64,000 nucleotides of DNA, from NCBI RefSeq assembly GCF_009914755.1, contig NC_060933.1; one strand, 5' to 3'. Source of the DNA: the human T2T-CHM13v2.0 reference genome, Homo sapiens. The notes under the pieces were generated by a model that did no database searches, was not told the DNA's origin, and saw only the letters and a program-made list of their open reading frames with translations. Made by a program: the position numbers and the translations under genes. This document shows positions 40,324 to 53,939 of the stretch, piece by piece; position 1 is the first letter of the stretch; each line of letters begins with the position of its first letter.

Positions 40324-42300
40324 TCAGCTCAGTATCCCCAGCACAGGGGCTGCCAGGCACTCCATGAATGTTTAGTAAATGGAAGGGTGGATCAATGAGG
40401 TCCCTCACTGTCTTCCTCTCTCCCTTCCCGCCCAGAAAGCAGACAGAGGCAACAACTGGTTTGGGGGCATTGCTCCATCTCCCAGCCTCAGCCTGAGGCA
40501 TTCTTTATGATCTCAAGACCATACTCCTTGAAGCTCAGTCTCTAGGATTCACAAAGTTGAAGTGATACACAGACCAGCATTTCATGTTCTCCTTTGATCT
40601 CCATGAATGAATGTTTGGTTGGAGAGACAGGGGAGAGCTACCGCTGAGGTAGATCCTTAAGATCCTCCTCTACCCTATGCACACCTCTTGAGGCTCCTAA
40701 CAACACCCCCTGCAAATAGCTGTGAGGTGGAAGCCAACAGAGAAAGCCTTATCTGACTGGCAACCTCTTGGCCAAATTCTTCATGGTTCAGACTCAAGTG
40801 GCAGCAGCTGAAACTCAAAAGGGTAGCTGAAGTCGTGCCGAAGTCCAAAAGCCTGGAAAGGCCTGGGATGCCCTGATTGTCTGTCATGGTGGGGAGCAAA
40901 GAGCACAGGCTCTGAAATCAGGAAGGCCTGGGTTCAAGTCCTATCTCTGCTATTATCTGGCTATGAAACTTTGAGGAAATCCTTAAGCTTGCCTAGCCTC
41001 AGTTTCCTATTTTCTCTGTGAAGACTGACTGAAATGCCAGAAATAATGTCTGACTGACTCATAATAGCTGCTTAATGGATATCACTTTCTTCCCCTTGGG
41101 CCCGATCTCACTCAAGCCCCATGGGGGAAGTGAATGTCTTTCCAACTCCTACCATCCCAGAACCTTTCTACGGAATGTAAAGGAGGTTGTATTTCAGCCT
41201 GATCATAAAAAAGGAATACAGTTTGGAAGTACAGAGAGAAGAGAAGGACATTCGACACAGAAAGACTTTAATGAACACAGGCCCAGAAGAGAGAATTCAT
41301 GTTACCTAATGTAGGGGAAAAATGAATCAATTACATTCTGGCCCTATTTGGTCAGGTAGTTTAGACAGAGCTTTGTTTTTCTTTTTTTCTTTTCTTTTCC
41401 CTTTCCTGTTTGCTTGTTCATTTTTTAACTGTCTGCGAGAGGTTAAAGCAATCTGAATTAAGTTAGTTAAATTGACTTTTATTATTGAATTATAATCATT
41501 TGTGCAATTATAAAACCAGGTGTTCCTGATTGAGATCAATTATTCCTTCACCTGATCACTATAGAGCTAATAAGGACTTAGAATTGCCGTTCAAGTATAC
41601 TTCCAGCCGCGCTGAAGCCTTCTGGAAAGGCATTTATTAAGCCAAAGAGTGGTGGAAAAAAATCCAGGGAAGAACAAGGACAGAGATTAAAATCCTTTAG
41701 GAAAAGGCCTAGAAAGGCTGATTTGATCATCAAGTAGCCTTGATGGGTAGCTGGCTGTTGACAAGGGATCTTTGAGGTATTCCTACAGGAACTTTGATTG
41801 GGGTGGGGCGGGCACGCAAGTGGGGCAGGGAATGAGGATGACAAAACAAGCATGTCTAGGGAACAGCCAGTCAGAAACCCATTTTCTGCTGTGTTCCTCT
41901 GCTGAGGTGGAGTTGCCCTTTTCTCCTTGTGAACATTTCAGTTCTGACTCCAAAGGAATGATGTGGAAAAGCCTTGGCATCCTCTTCCCCTGTGTGAGGA
42001 GCATGAAAAGTGTGATTTCTATTCTGGGAGATGCAGGTTCCAGATTCCCAAAGTTCTAGGTTCTTCACATTTGTCCGAAAAGACTTCTGTGAGGAAGACA
42101 GCATAGTAGTTATTCTTTCCGTTTTACAGGTGGGGACCCAGAGACTTGATCAGTAGACTTGCCTATAGTCACAGAATTAATGACCAAGATGGGCTTGGAC
42201 GGAGCCCCTCAGACAGCAAGATCACCCAGTGGTCTTTTCCTCACACCTTGGTGCCCCATGTCCCATTCTAGAGGCAAGTCAGGGGAGTGGATCATCTCTG

Positions 42301-42812
<512 letters not shown>

Positions 42813-43362
42813 ATGTAATGGGTGGGTGGCTTGTTAGCTAAATGGAGCCAAGATGGCTTTGGAGAATTCAGGAGTTGTGCAACACCCTTTGGATGGCAAA
42901 TGCCAGGTATTTAATTCAGCTACATTAGCTTGGTTATTTGCAGAGGGATTTATTAGGAGACCAATTTCACCAAGATAGAGTGGAATCTCAAGGACAAATC
43001 TCAAGGAGTTTTCTACTCCAGTAGTAGAAAACCACTTGATTTTGCCTGCCCCATATCCACAGCCCTCATCCCATGTTCTCTCTTTGTAGCCACTTCATTC
43101 GTTCCTCACACTGTTTCTTCCACAGTACAAGGTACCTGCTCACCAAAGACCCCAGAGATCTCCACTGTTGAAGATCTGAGACTTCTTCTTCATCTCATTC
43201 TTGGCCAGGTACCTACTCCAGGCCAATCAGTTTGGTCACATGTGACTAACATTGTGACAGCCCCACTCAAACTACAAGGCTAGAGTGAGGGAAGGGATCG
43301 TTTTACAGAAAGGGGATGCTGTTCTACCAAGACAAACAATAGAACCCCCATGGGATAGCCAT

Positions 43363-43781
43363 TGATAGAGTTGGATGTTTGTTCCCTCCAAATCTCTTGT
43401 TGAAATGTAATCCCCATTGTTGGAGGTGGGGCCTGGTGAGAGGTATTTTCGTGAAGACAGTGGATCCTTCATGAATGTCTTGGTGCTGTCCTCACAATAA
43501 TGAGTGAGTTCTCGCTCTGAATTCATGCAAGATCTAGTTGTTTAAAAGACTGTGGCACCTTTCCCTCTGTCTCTTGCTCCCACTCTCGCCATCTGATATG
43601 CCTTCTCCTCCTTCACCTTCTGCCATGATTGGGAATTTCCGGAAGCCCTCACCAGAAGCAGATGCGGGTGCCATGCCGCCTGTACAGCCCGCATAGCTAT
43701 GAGCCCCAATAAACCACTTTTCCTTATAAATTACCCAGTCTCTGGTATTCTTTTATAGCAATGCAAGAATGGCCTAATGCA
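43363..43781 (+). mobile_element. MaLR MSTA/MSTB solo LTR
   Basis: TGATAGAGTTGGATGTTTGTTCCCTCCAAATCTC...ataaattacccagtc...ggcctaatgCA; TSD gccat/gccac. Confidence 0.9.
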
Positions 43782-44077
43782 GCCACCATCTGTGGCCCTC
43801 ACCTAGGTATATCAGCAGCTGGACCACTCTGCAGAAATGCTTCAATAGTTGCCTCGACCAAGGAGAGTTAAAGTCCTGCTGGTCTGAAACCTCATACCAC
43901 CAAGGAATAAAAATCTACATCTTTGAAAGCAGCACAGTTTTGGCCCAATCATTTCATGAATGCTGGGCAGCTGGACCAGAAAGGCAGAGGAGCTAGGTGC
44001 GGAGGCAGCTGGACACCATGTCTGCCCTCCAGTCTGCCAAAGACTCACAGAGCCTTGGATTTGAAATGGAACTCTAC

Positions 44078-44560
44078 GTTAGTCAAAAGATCTTTAAGTT
44101 GCAGGTGACAGAAACCCAACTCAGACTGATGTACCTGCATAAGAAAAGGAATCTATTGGCTCACAAGACTGTAAAATTCAAAGTATTTGCTTTCGGGGTG
44201 GCTGTGTTCAGAGCCCAGACAATGTCCCACAGGCTCAGTTTTATCCTTTGCCTCTCTCAGTTCTACTTGCTCCTGTGTGGGCTCTGTTCTCAGGTGAGTT
44301 CTCTCTTTTCAAAGACAAGATGGTCACCAGCTTCAGATACCCCTGCAGGAAGTCAGCATCTTTTTTTTTTTCCAATGGAATTATCAAAACTCCAGAGTTT
44401 CATGCCATTGAAATAACATGGGTCCCACACCTGAATCTATACCTGTGGCCAGGAGGTGATATTGCACAAACTGAGAGTAGGGGAAGGAAAATTGTAGTGT
44501 GGATGGGGAATGGGCAGAATGGTATGACAGATGTCCTTTAAAGATGCCAAAGTCATCTAG
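44078..44560 (-). mobile_element. Old MaLR LTR (MLT1J/K/L-like)
   Basis: gttgcaggtgacagaaacccaactcagactg...aaaaggaatctattggctca. Confidence 0.65.
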
Positions 44561-45809
44561 TGTGACAGGCCCCAACCCACATGCCAAAATGTATTCCGTG
44601 ATGCCTTCCCCAACCAACAGCCTGACAACGGTTTAGCAGTTCCTTCTGCCCACCTCTGATTTTGTATAGACAAAATACGCAAAAGTCACTCCTAGTGTGA
44701 ACCTGCTCAGACAGAGTATGACTCTGTTATCTTGGTACCCTTACAACCTAGCATGGAACTTTGACAGAGAAAATTATTAGAGTTATGTTGAACCACAGGA
44801 CTTCCAAGAACCACCAAGTTAAGTAGGAAAGGGATCACAGAGGCTGGTAGGATGAGCTCTGAAGCTGGGCCAGATCTCTGGTGTCAAGTTTCAGATCTGC
44901 TCCTGAGTCACTGTGACCCTCAGACAAACAACTTCTCAGATCTTGGCTTTGTCCACACGATCTTCCCCAACTACCTGTCAGGATTACTCAGAGGTTTGTA
45001 TTAAAAGACAAGTGAAGCAAGTTATTAAAAGCAAGTTATAATTGTCAAGTAATAGCATTATGTTTCTCACTGATAGAATAACCAAGAGCTATGTTCAGAA
45101 AAAATAGCCTTATGAAAAACAGTTTAAAGGTGGAAAAGACATGCAATGGTGGGACAGCCGTGCAGCATGGAAACAAAGTCTGGGGAAGAATGGTTTTAAT
45201 ATCAAATGTGTGCTCTGAAGAAAACAGTAGAGTGGGGGATGTAGGAGAGTAGAAGCATAAGCTAGAAATCCACGGAGCAAAACCAAAGAAGACGGCCATG
45301 TTGGAGGGGAACCCCCAGCACAGTTGGCTGCTGAGCTATTACCTAGAGGAGCCTCTGGGTGTGGTCCTTCTGGGCCTGGCCAAGAAGGGAAGGTCTTGGC
45401 CATTCTTACCCCTTTCTCATCTGCACAACGAGGGCCCAGAAGAGCCTTGCAGACGGATCATGACCAGATCCAATTTTGTCTGCTGACACCAAGCTGCTCC
45501 CTTCCCTGACACTGAAGGCCGTCTGGCTTTCCTCACTGTCATCTTGGGCTGTAAGTAACCCTCTTAAATCACCATTGGACAGAGAAAAGCTAGCAGCCTG
45601 CTTTGCAGCTCTCCTTCCATCCAAGCCATTAGTATGTTTAACAGCTCTGGCCCCATGCTGATTTCTGACATGCGGTAATTAATTCCTTTCCACTCAGAGA
45701 TGTAGCCATTCACAGGTCTTGATTCAAAAATGTTCCTGTTCTGTTCTGTTTGAAAAATACTTAAAATGCTGAGTAGAAAAACCATTTGGCTTTTTGTGAA
45801 GGCCCACTA

Positions 45810-46895
45810 GTCTCTATCCCACCCTTATATGAAACTAAATTCCAGATGTATTAATAATTTAAATATACAATATGAAACCATTTAAATACTCTAAGGGGAA
45901 AATTTAAACAACATTTATATAATGTTATTATGGGAAAGGTCTTCCCAAGCATGTCATCAAAGGCAGAAACCGTAAAAATCAAAGTTTATGAATGTATTCA
46001 TATCGAAAATGTAAACCTCTGTATGGCCTAAATTGATAAAATATAATTGGATTAAATTAAAAGGAAATGAAAAATTTGGGATTCTGTTTACAATGTACAA
46101 GGGCTGCTACCTATAATGATAATCATGATGATGATAATAATACTGGTTAATATTTATTTCTATGTACCAGTGTTACTATATGAAGAATATTAACAATTTA
46201 AATCACAAAAGAAAAAAATCAATTGGTAAATAAACATGGAAGAGCATATTCTATTTTACTTATAACTGTAGAAAAGCTAATTAAAACAATAATAAAATGC
46301 TACTTATGAAATTAGCCAGGACAATAAAAACATTAATACCCAAATGTTGGTTAGAGTGCAGGGAAATAGCCCTGTTCACACATGGCTGTTGGGAGTCTAA
46401 ATTAGTACAAACTTTCTGGGGGGGAAATTTGTCAAAAGCAGAAGTATGAATTCATTTCCACATTTAGGAATTTATTTTGGAGAAATAATTAAGGATGTAC
46501 ACAAAGATATAGCTATAAGATGCTATTTTAATAGTGAAGATTGGAATTAATTCAAATGTTTAACAATAGATTTGTAAGGAAGTTGTCATATATCCATATA
46601 GAAACATAGTGTGCAAACATTAAGAATTAAGTTGTAGCTGTATATTTATTAACATGGAAAAGGGTTCATAATCTATTGTTAATAAATAAAGACAGACTAA
46701 AATGTATGCTCAGCATATAAAATCTCATGTTTTGCAAAATTTCACAGAAAAAATGCCTGGAGAAAACATCCCAAATATTAACAAACATTAGCAAAAAGTT
46801 ATCTCCTGTTGGTAAAATTAGAAGAGATTTCAATTTGCTTTTGTTTACAGGTATTTTCTATTTTTTCTATAAGGAATGAATATTACCATGTAATA
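45810..46895 (+). mobile_element. L1ME-type ancient LINE fragment (end of ORF2 plus 3' UTR)
   Basis: aaattccagatgtattaa, tgggaaaggtcttcccaagcatg, ctgttgggagtctaaattagtacaaactttctgg, acatggaaaagggttcataat. Confidence 0.7.
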
Positions 46896-48084
46896 GCCCT
46901 TACAGAAATGATTACTCATGATTCATGTAAGGATTAAATAATGTAATAGAAAGTGGTTTAAGGATGCCCCTTGAATGGTAACTGTCATTTCCAAAGAGAG
47001 CCCCAGGAAGGAGAAGATGATCAGAAATGTTGGAAAGGATGAACCTAAGAACAAGTGTAACTTGAATAAACTGACTGTATGCAAAGAAATTTGGGTTAGG
47101 GGATTCTGAAGAGTGAGCATGGATGGAAAATATGGCCATAGGCCCCCCCATTTGGAGAGTTTGATAGAGTAGAACAAGTTGAGAACATAAACAGAACCAA
47201 GAAAGACAGCAGGTCAAAAGTTGATGGTTTTTTCTTTTCTTTTGGAATATTATAAAGTTTTGAGAATGTTTTAAAGTGAAGAGAGTTTGTGCAAACTCAT
47301 GCAGATGTCTGCAAATGATCAATTTAAACTACATGTTATTAAAACTTCTCCTGGATCCATAGTATGTGATATGTCCCCCAGATTGGCTCCCTGTGTTTCA
47401 TCTGCAGCTTCTATGGATGATCCCTATCTCTCTGCAAGTTTACACAGCCATGGTAACTGTTAGCTACCCTGGGGCAGTGAGAAATGCAGCAGTCTTGGGC
47501 AGGATTCTCAAGCCCATACCTGGAGAAGTCAAGCTAGACATGATCTGAGGACCCTGGTCAATTGGAGGATGTCTTGTTCTTAGGCAAAATATCTTACAGC
47601 ATTTGTACCATAAGGAGACTTGAAGATGACCAGGCTAACCGCTAGCCAGGGCTAGACTCCCCTCTTCAACTATTCTGTTACTCAGTTGTCTGGCCTTGTT
47701 CATGTACCTTCAATGACAGGGAACTCACTACCCCAATGTGCTAAACACTTCATGTCTAGAATTTCTTTTTCAAATCCATTATAATTTTTTAATAGATTGC
47801 TATTCACTGAAGAGAACTTTTTTACTTTTTATGTTCCCTTTCACACATAGCTATTGTGAATATAATTTATTAATTGAGAAACTGCATTTGATAATTCCAG
47901 TCTCCAGAGACCCTGTACATCTGTTTCTGTTGTCTGTTGTTTTTGCTGACTCTCTTGCCTAATTTTCTTCTGTGCTTTGTTATCTTTTGTATTGACCAGA
48001 AATTGCATTAGAGAGATTACTACCAGCAGTAATTTGAGGCCCGTAATGAAAGTGAGTTCCTCTCCAAAGGATTTGGGTTTGCTT

Positions 48085-48220
48085 CTACCAGGGATCTTGT
48101 TAAAGTACAGATTCTGATACAATTGGTCTGGAGTGGTGCCCAAGAATTTATGTTGCAGATGAGCTCTCTGCTGATGCTGCTGTTGGGGATCTGTGGGCCA
48201 CACTTTGAGTAGTAAGGGAC
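48085..48220. mobile_element. MER5B-like MITE fragment
   Basis: cttgttaaagtacagattctgat...gggccacactttgagtag. Confidence 0.65.
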
Positions 48221-49883
48221 TAGAAAAAAACTCAGAAGACTGGAACCAGGCTGTGATTCTATGAGGGCTATGCCATTTCTGGTTCTCTCTCATCCTGGGA
48301 GTGAAGTCTCTGGGATTCTAGCTTGTTGTGGGAAGGGTTTGCTGGGAGTTGCCTCTCTGCTGTGGGCCTAGGCTTTGATTTTATTTCTGTTCCCCTCATT
48401 TCTCAAGGCTGCCAGAAAAAATATTTCTGATTTTGAGAAATCGGCACATGTGTGCTCAGAGCAATAAACTTTCTGTGTTTGCTTACTTTGCTAAGTTTTC
48501 GTTTTCCCTTTATTTTTAATTTGGTATTTCTAATATTTCTTTTGTCATCTCTTCAATGGTTTTAAGAAGATTTTTTTTTAAAAATGTATATTTTCCATTG
48601 CTTCCAGCAGGAGGATTGATCTAAATAACCTACTTCACTGTTCCCAGAAAAAAGAAGATCTATGCTAAGCACTTCATACACATTAACTCATTTAAGATTC
48701 TCAAAATAATAATATTCAAAGAACCTTCTAGCATTCTCTCTTTCTTCTAGGTAAGTCTTCGCATACATCTATAATAATGATTATTTGTTTAGAGACATTT
48801 ATAGGATTCGCTGCTGTCATTGATGCTTGTTCTTCCTTTAAGGCTCCACTCAGCCTCTGCCATTCTAAAGGTCTTTCCTTGATGTTCTGCCTTGGCTGGG
48901 TCCCTTCCTTTGACAGCCTTCTTGTGACCCAGAATTTCAGAATGGAGCAGCTAAAAGCAACCATAAAGTTTCCCTTCTCGTTCTACAAATGAAGCGTTGA
49001 AGCCCAGGGAAGAGAAACAACCTGCTCAGGGTCACACAAAGAATTATTGCTGCACCTGAGACTAGAACCCAGCTCCTCCTTACCCAGCCTGACAGCGTTT
49101 CCAGGTCACATGCGAATCCTTCGTTATGTTGAGCCAAGCTCGCTTATCTGCAACTTTCGTGCAGTAATTAATCAAGAAATGGCAAGATGTGTGTCTTCTA
49201 AATCCGGGAAAAACACCAAAAGAGCTTGGTACAATTTAATGTAATTTATATCTGCCTAGTTCTGAGGATAAAGGTCTCCATCCCCAAACAGCTGAAGGCG
49301 GGGGATGCAGTCAACAGACACTACTGAAGGAGGTAACAGTTCACAGGGTTTTATTTTAATTGTCCTCTTCAATTTAATTTCTATCTGTGAGACCTCTGAA
49401 ATCGAAGGAGCCCCGAAACGCCATAGAATACACCCACTGTCCTCCTGGAAGTCTTCCAGTAAAAACAGCTTCTAATTAAATAAATGAGCTCTGCCATGTT
49501 AACTTCACATAGCAGAGTAAGACTTCCAGTGACAAGCTTGTTTGACTGTACTGTCAGTTTATTACTTGTTAAATAATCATTGAGTCTTGCTGTTCCTATC
49601 CATCTTACAACCTTTCACTAACTGAACATAGAAGAATTGTAAAATGAATAAACAAACAAACAAACAAACTAATCATCATAAGGAAAAATAATGGCAGTGC
49701 TTAGGGAAACATGTCTGAAACCCATTAAGAAAGGAAGCAAAATGACTAATTCAGGAAGTGGGTAGTAACTTATTCAGTTACAAGGTTACAACTCATTCAA
49801 TATAATTTCTCAAACTCTTAAACTCCTGGCCCCAAACACTGCCCTGACCATGTGTCCTCTTGAGCCCCATCCAACCCCTGCAG

Positions 49884-49885
49884 AC

Positions 49886-49928
<43 letters not shown>
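49884..49928. repeat. Imperfect (CA)n microsatellite
   Basis: acacacatacacatacacac...cacaca. Confidence 0.9.
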
Positions 49929-49929
<1 letters not shown>

Positions 49930-50226
49930 CCCCACCCACCCTTGTCTCCTCAAAGGTTCCCAGGCACACTCCCGTGCCTCTGTCGTTGGAGCATGCTATT
50001 TCCTAGAATGCAACACTGTATGCTTTTTTCCACCTGTCAAAATGCTTTTCAGCCTTCAGGGCCCGACACCAGCTTCCCTGAAGATTTCTCAGGGATGAAG
50101 CTGCTACCCCTACTTGTGGGAATCCTCCTCCAGAAAGGCTAGGGAGATCCATCCTCTCTGGAAGGGACTCTGGCACCTGAAGTGTGACCAAAGAATCACA
50201 TGGATCCCTACCACCATACTTACAAG

Positions 50227-50344
50227 TTTTTTAGTATCTGTCCCCTGCAATAATGGGACATGCTTATTATACTAAGAAGTTATTTATTGTTTTATCTGAA
50301 ATTCAAATGTAACTGGGTATCCTGTATTTTACCTGGCAACCCTA
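50227..50344. mobile_element. MER53 palindromic hAT MITE (centre and one arm)
   Basis: tgtccc.tgcaata.tgggacat...ttatctgaaattcaaatgtaactggg.atcctgtatttta.ctggcaacccta matches one half of MER53. Confidence 0.85.
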
Positions 50345-50589
50345 CTCAAGATGTTTGGCATTGCCTGTGGCAGTGGTTCACACAAGAGAATATTTGCAGG
50401 CTCCGCTTACTGCCTTAGATGTTACTAGGGCTATGTGCAACTTACTAGACAAAGGTTCACTCACTACTTTGTTTTGTTCCACTTAATAATGCAAGAGAGT
50501 GTGAATTATAAGTCAACTTGAACCTCCTTGAATGTGTCTGTATATGACTCTTCAAACTTTTGTAGAAATAACAACAACAACAATAATAG

Positions 50590-50810
50590 CAATAGTAATA
50601 CTACTACTGATATCTATATTGCCAGGTACTATGTCAACAGCTTCACAGATACTAACGCTTAGGCCTCATAACAACCTTGTCAGGTAGGTGCCATAATTAT
50701 CTCTACAATACAGATGAAGAAAATGAGGCACTAGGCACTTTAATAATTTTCCCAGGGGACAGTAGGTGGCTCATGATTGGTGAGTAGCAGAGTTGGGATC
50801 TCCTCTGCTG
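50590..50810 (-). mobile_element. MIR SINE
   Basis: cctcataacaaccttgtcaggtagg...tacagatgaagaaaatgaggcac. Confidence 0.75.
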
Positions 50811-51714
50811 CCTCCTTCATGGCCAATACTAATACGTTACTTGTAGCTTTTCATGGCTAATTGTAACATACCAGTGTTCTGTGACTTTGCAGTTGCAAAC
50901 AACAGACTACAGGATCAATTCCAAAATTATTACTTTGGAGTCATGACTTTTAATGAGTTGATGCAGATTACTTTTACAGGTCAAACTCCTGATATTCCAC
51001 ATCTCCATGTTCCAGTCAAACTTCTCCATGTCCAGCATCTCATATGGTCTCTGGAAGAGATGAGTAGTTGCTCAAAACATTTGCCTTTCATACCTCCTGC
51101 TTTGTGCCATGCTCTGTGATGAATTTCAATGTTGTCCTCCTCTCAGCCATCATTTCTTCTCCAAAAGGAAAATTTCTACTTATCTTTAAGATCTAACACA
51201 GATGTCACCTGCCTTGTGAGGGCTCCCCTGCTTTTCCCGAGCTGTATGGGTTCTCCCTCTTTCTCTGCTCCTTCAGGACTTCAGTACTTAGATCATGGCC
51301 CAAACCCTGGTCTCTGGATTTTCTAATCAGCACTGTCTGCTGACTCCATTCTACCTCCAGTGATCTGCTTTTCCGGAACTGAGGTTCTCCATCTTGACCA
51401 AAAGATTTTGATTCACTAGACTCCAAATCAGCCATGGAGCTTTGTAATATACAAGTAATTGGTCCCCATGGCCCAAAATTCTGATTGAGCAAGTTGGATG
51501 TAAGAGCCAGACATTGATATTAAGGAAAGAAATCCACAAGTGGTTCTGAGCCACAGTTCAGAGCCACGGTTCTGAGTAGCAAGGGATATTCCAGATCAGC
51601 TTGCTGAAGTCGAGCTGTGTTCTTGGTACCTGGTAAGACACATTTCTCTCTACTGGCCATGCCCTTACATTCTGAGGGTGAGTATAACTGACAGTCTAAA
51701 AAATATTTTGGGGA

Positions 51715-52069
<355 letters not shown>

Positions 52070-53339
52070 CTAATGAGATTTTCTGACATGAAATTCAATG
52101 TCACTTCCCCAAAGCAGTGCCACTAACTACAGTGAGAGCAAGGAAAGGTAAAGATGTTTGTTTCAGGTAACAGTAGAATTTGTTTAGAAGAGAAAGACTT
52201 CTGAATTGGTTAGTATTATCTCAGGTGGGGAAACTGAGGCTCAGAAAACTGTAGGAAGCTTCCCACGTTTCTGGTTTTTCTGCCGCAGCCCCACTTGTGT
52301 CTTCAAAAACCTTGTTCGCAGTCCCCCTGCCACCAGGTCCCCACTGGGGATATTTGGAAGTGAAGAGAAGGACCCCCAGTTTATATCAAAGCAAAGAAAC
52401 CATACCCTGGCCATCCAACCAAAATTTAATTTTAAATGAAATCTAGCCTCATAGAAGACACCCCCCAACACACACAAAATATCACACAATTTAACAAAAC
52501 TCCGAATCACTGTAAAGCAGCTGCATTTAAAAAAAAAATTAAAATTGAATTCTCAGGCATAATCCAGAGATAAAAGTCAAAAAAGCCAGTATGCAATGAT
52601 TGAGTATGCACGACCACAACCCTTAATCTCTGCCATCCTCCGCAGTGTAAACAAATCTGCTGATTGTTGATGATATTGCTGAAAACATCACTAATCAAAC
52701 CTTAAATACCAAATATATTTAAGCAAATAACACTCCAGTTACAGTCATTCTAGCTCATCATGAAGGAAATCCAAATCGGAGACCAGTTTGAAAATGGCCA
52801 GAGCTATACTGTAGCTTCGCATTAATTGACCAACATCCTAGAGGCAGTGCTTTCTCTTAAGTACAGAAGGCCTGAAATACAAAAGGAAATAAGGAAGAAG
52901 TCCAGGAGGCAAACGCTAATGCAATTTCAAACTGGAATTACATCAGCAGCTTTAAACAGATGGCAGAATGGGAATAAATGTGTTAGCTCCTTTCTCTTAC
53001 TTAGGCTTTCATTGTTTATATCATTAAAAATAAGGAGAGTTTAAAATAACATATATCGTCATGTAGCACCTCACAGAGCTATGCAAAACTAGTTTGAAGA
53101 AAAGATTGAATTTGGTCATACTCCTGGATGTTTTGAAAACAACTGGGTGAATTTAATTAAGTAACCAGCTGGCTATTTACAAAAATTGTAAAGGCAACAC
53201 TGATTATGGCTGAGCTGGGTATAGAAAACTGGATAATCCAAATTTGGTTTCAGAACATTCTCCTGTTGATGAGAAGGCTTGGGTGGGTTATAGAATGTCA
53301 GCCTCCATCTTTCAGTGAAGCTAATTGATTATCTAGTCC

Positions 53340-53512
53340 AAGGATGGCAAATAAATGCCATGGATGTCACCACTCTCTGCTCCTAGTGTCACCAACATCA
53401 CTAACTTATTAGGGTAAGCTTCTATCTGAGATTTAACCTTAGAATTCTTCTGAGGATACCTCCAGCTTTTTCATGACAGACTGGATATATGGAAACCTGT
53501 TTGCCCTCCCTA
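53340..53512. mobile_element. MER102-like hAT-Charlie MITE relic
   Basis: Imperfect TIRs caaggatggcaaata ... tgtttgccctcccta. Confidence 0.45.
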
Positions 53513-53574
53513 ATCTAGTCCAATTCATTCATTTTTCAGAACAGGGCACTGTCACTTATAAAATACATTGCATT

Positions 53575-53939
53575 TCACCTTGTTCCTTCTTGAATCACTT
53601 GCTTTGCGGGAAGCCAGTGCCATGTTGTGACACTCAGTCCCAAAGAAAAGTCCATGTATCATGGAACTGAGGCTTCTTGCCACCAACCAGCACTGATTTG
53701 TCATCCATGTGGGTCAGCCACTTTGAAAGCAGATCTTCCAGCCCAAGACAAGCCTTCAGATGACAGCAGCTCCCGCCGATATCTTGACAGTGACCCCATG
53801 AGAGACCTTGAACCAAAGCCACCCAGCTAGGCTTCGCCTGAGTACTTGATCTATAAACACTGGGGTAATCAATGTTTGTTGTTGTTTTAAATACTAAGTT
53901 CTGGAGCAAGTTGTTACATAACATTAGATACCAGCTACA
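53575..53939 (+). mobile_element. MaLR LTR, MLT1F-type, 3' part
   Basis: gggaagccagtgccatgttgtga...caagccttcagatgacagcagc...agccacccagctag...ttgttttaaatactaagtt. Confidence 0.8.

Noticed and set aside
43008-43032. 10-bp perfect inverted repeat GTTTTCTACT/AGTAGAAAAC
   Set aside because: A stem of this length is roughly expected by chance in 64 kb.
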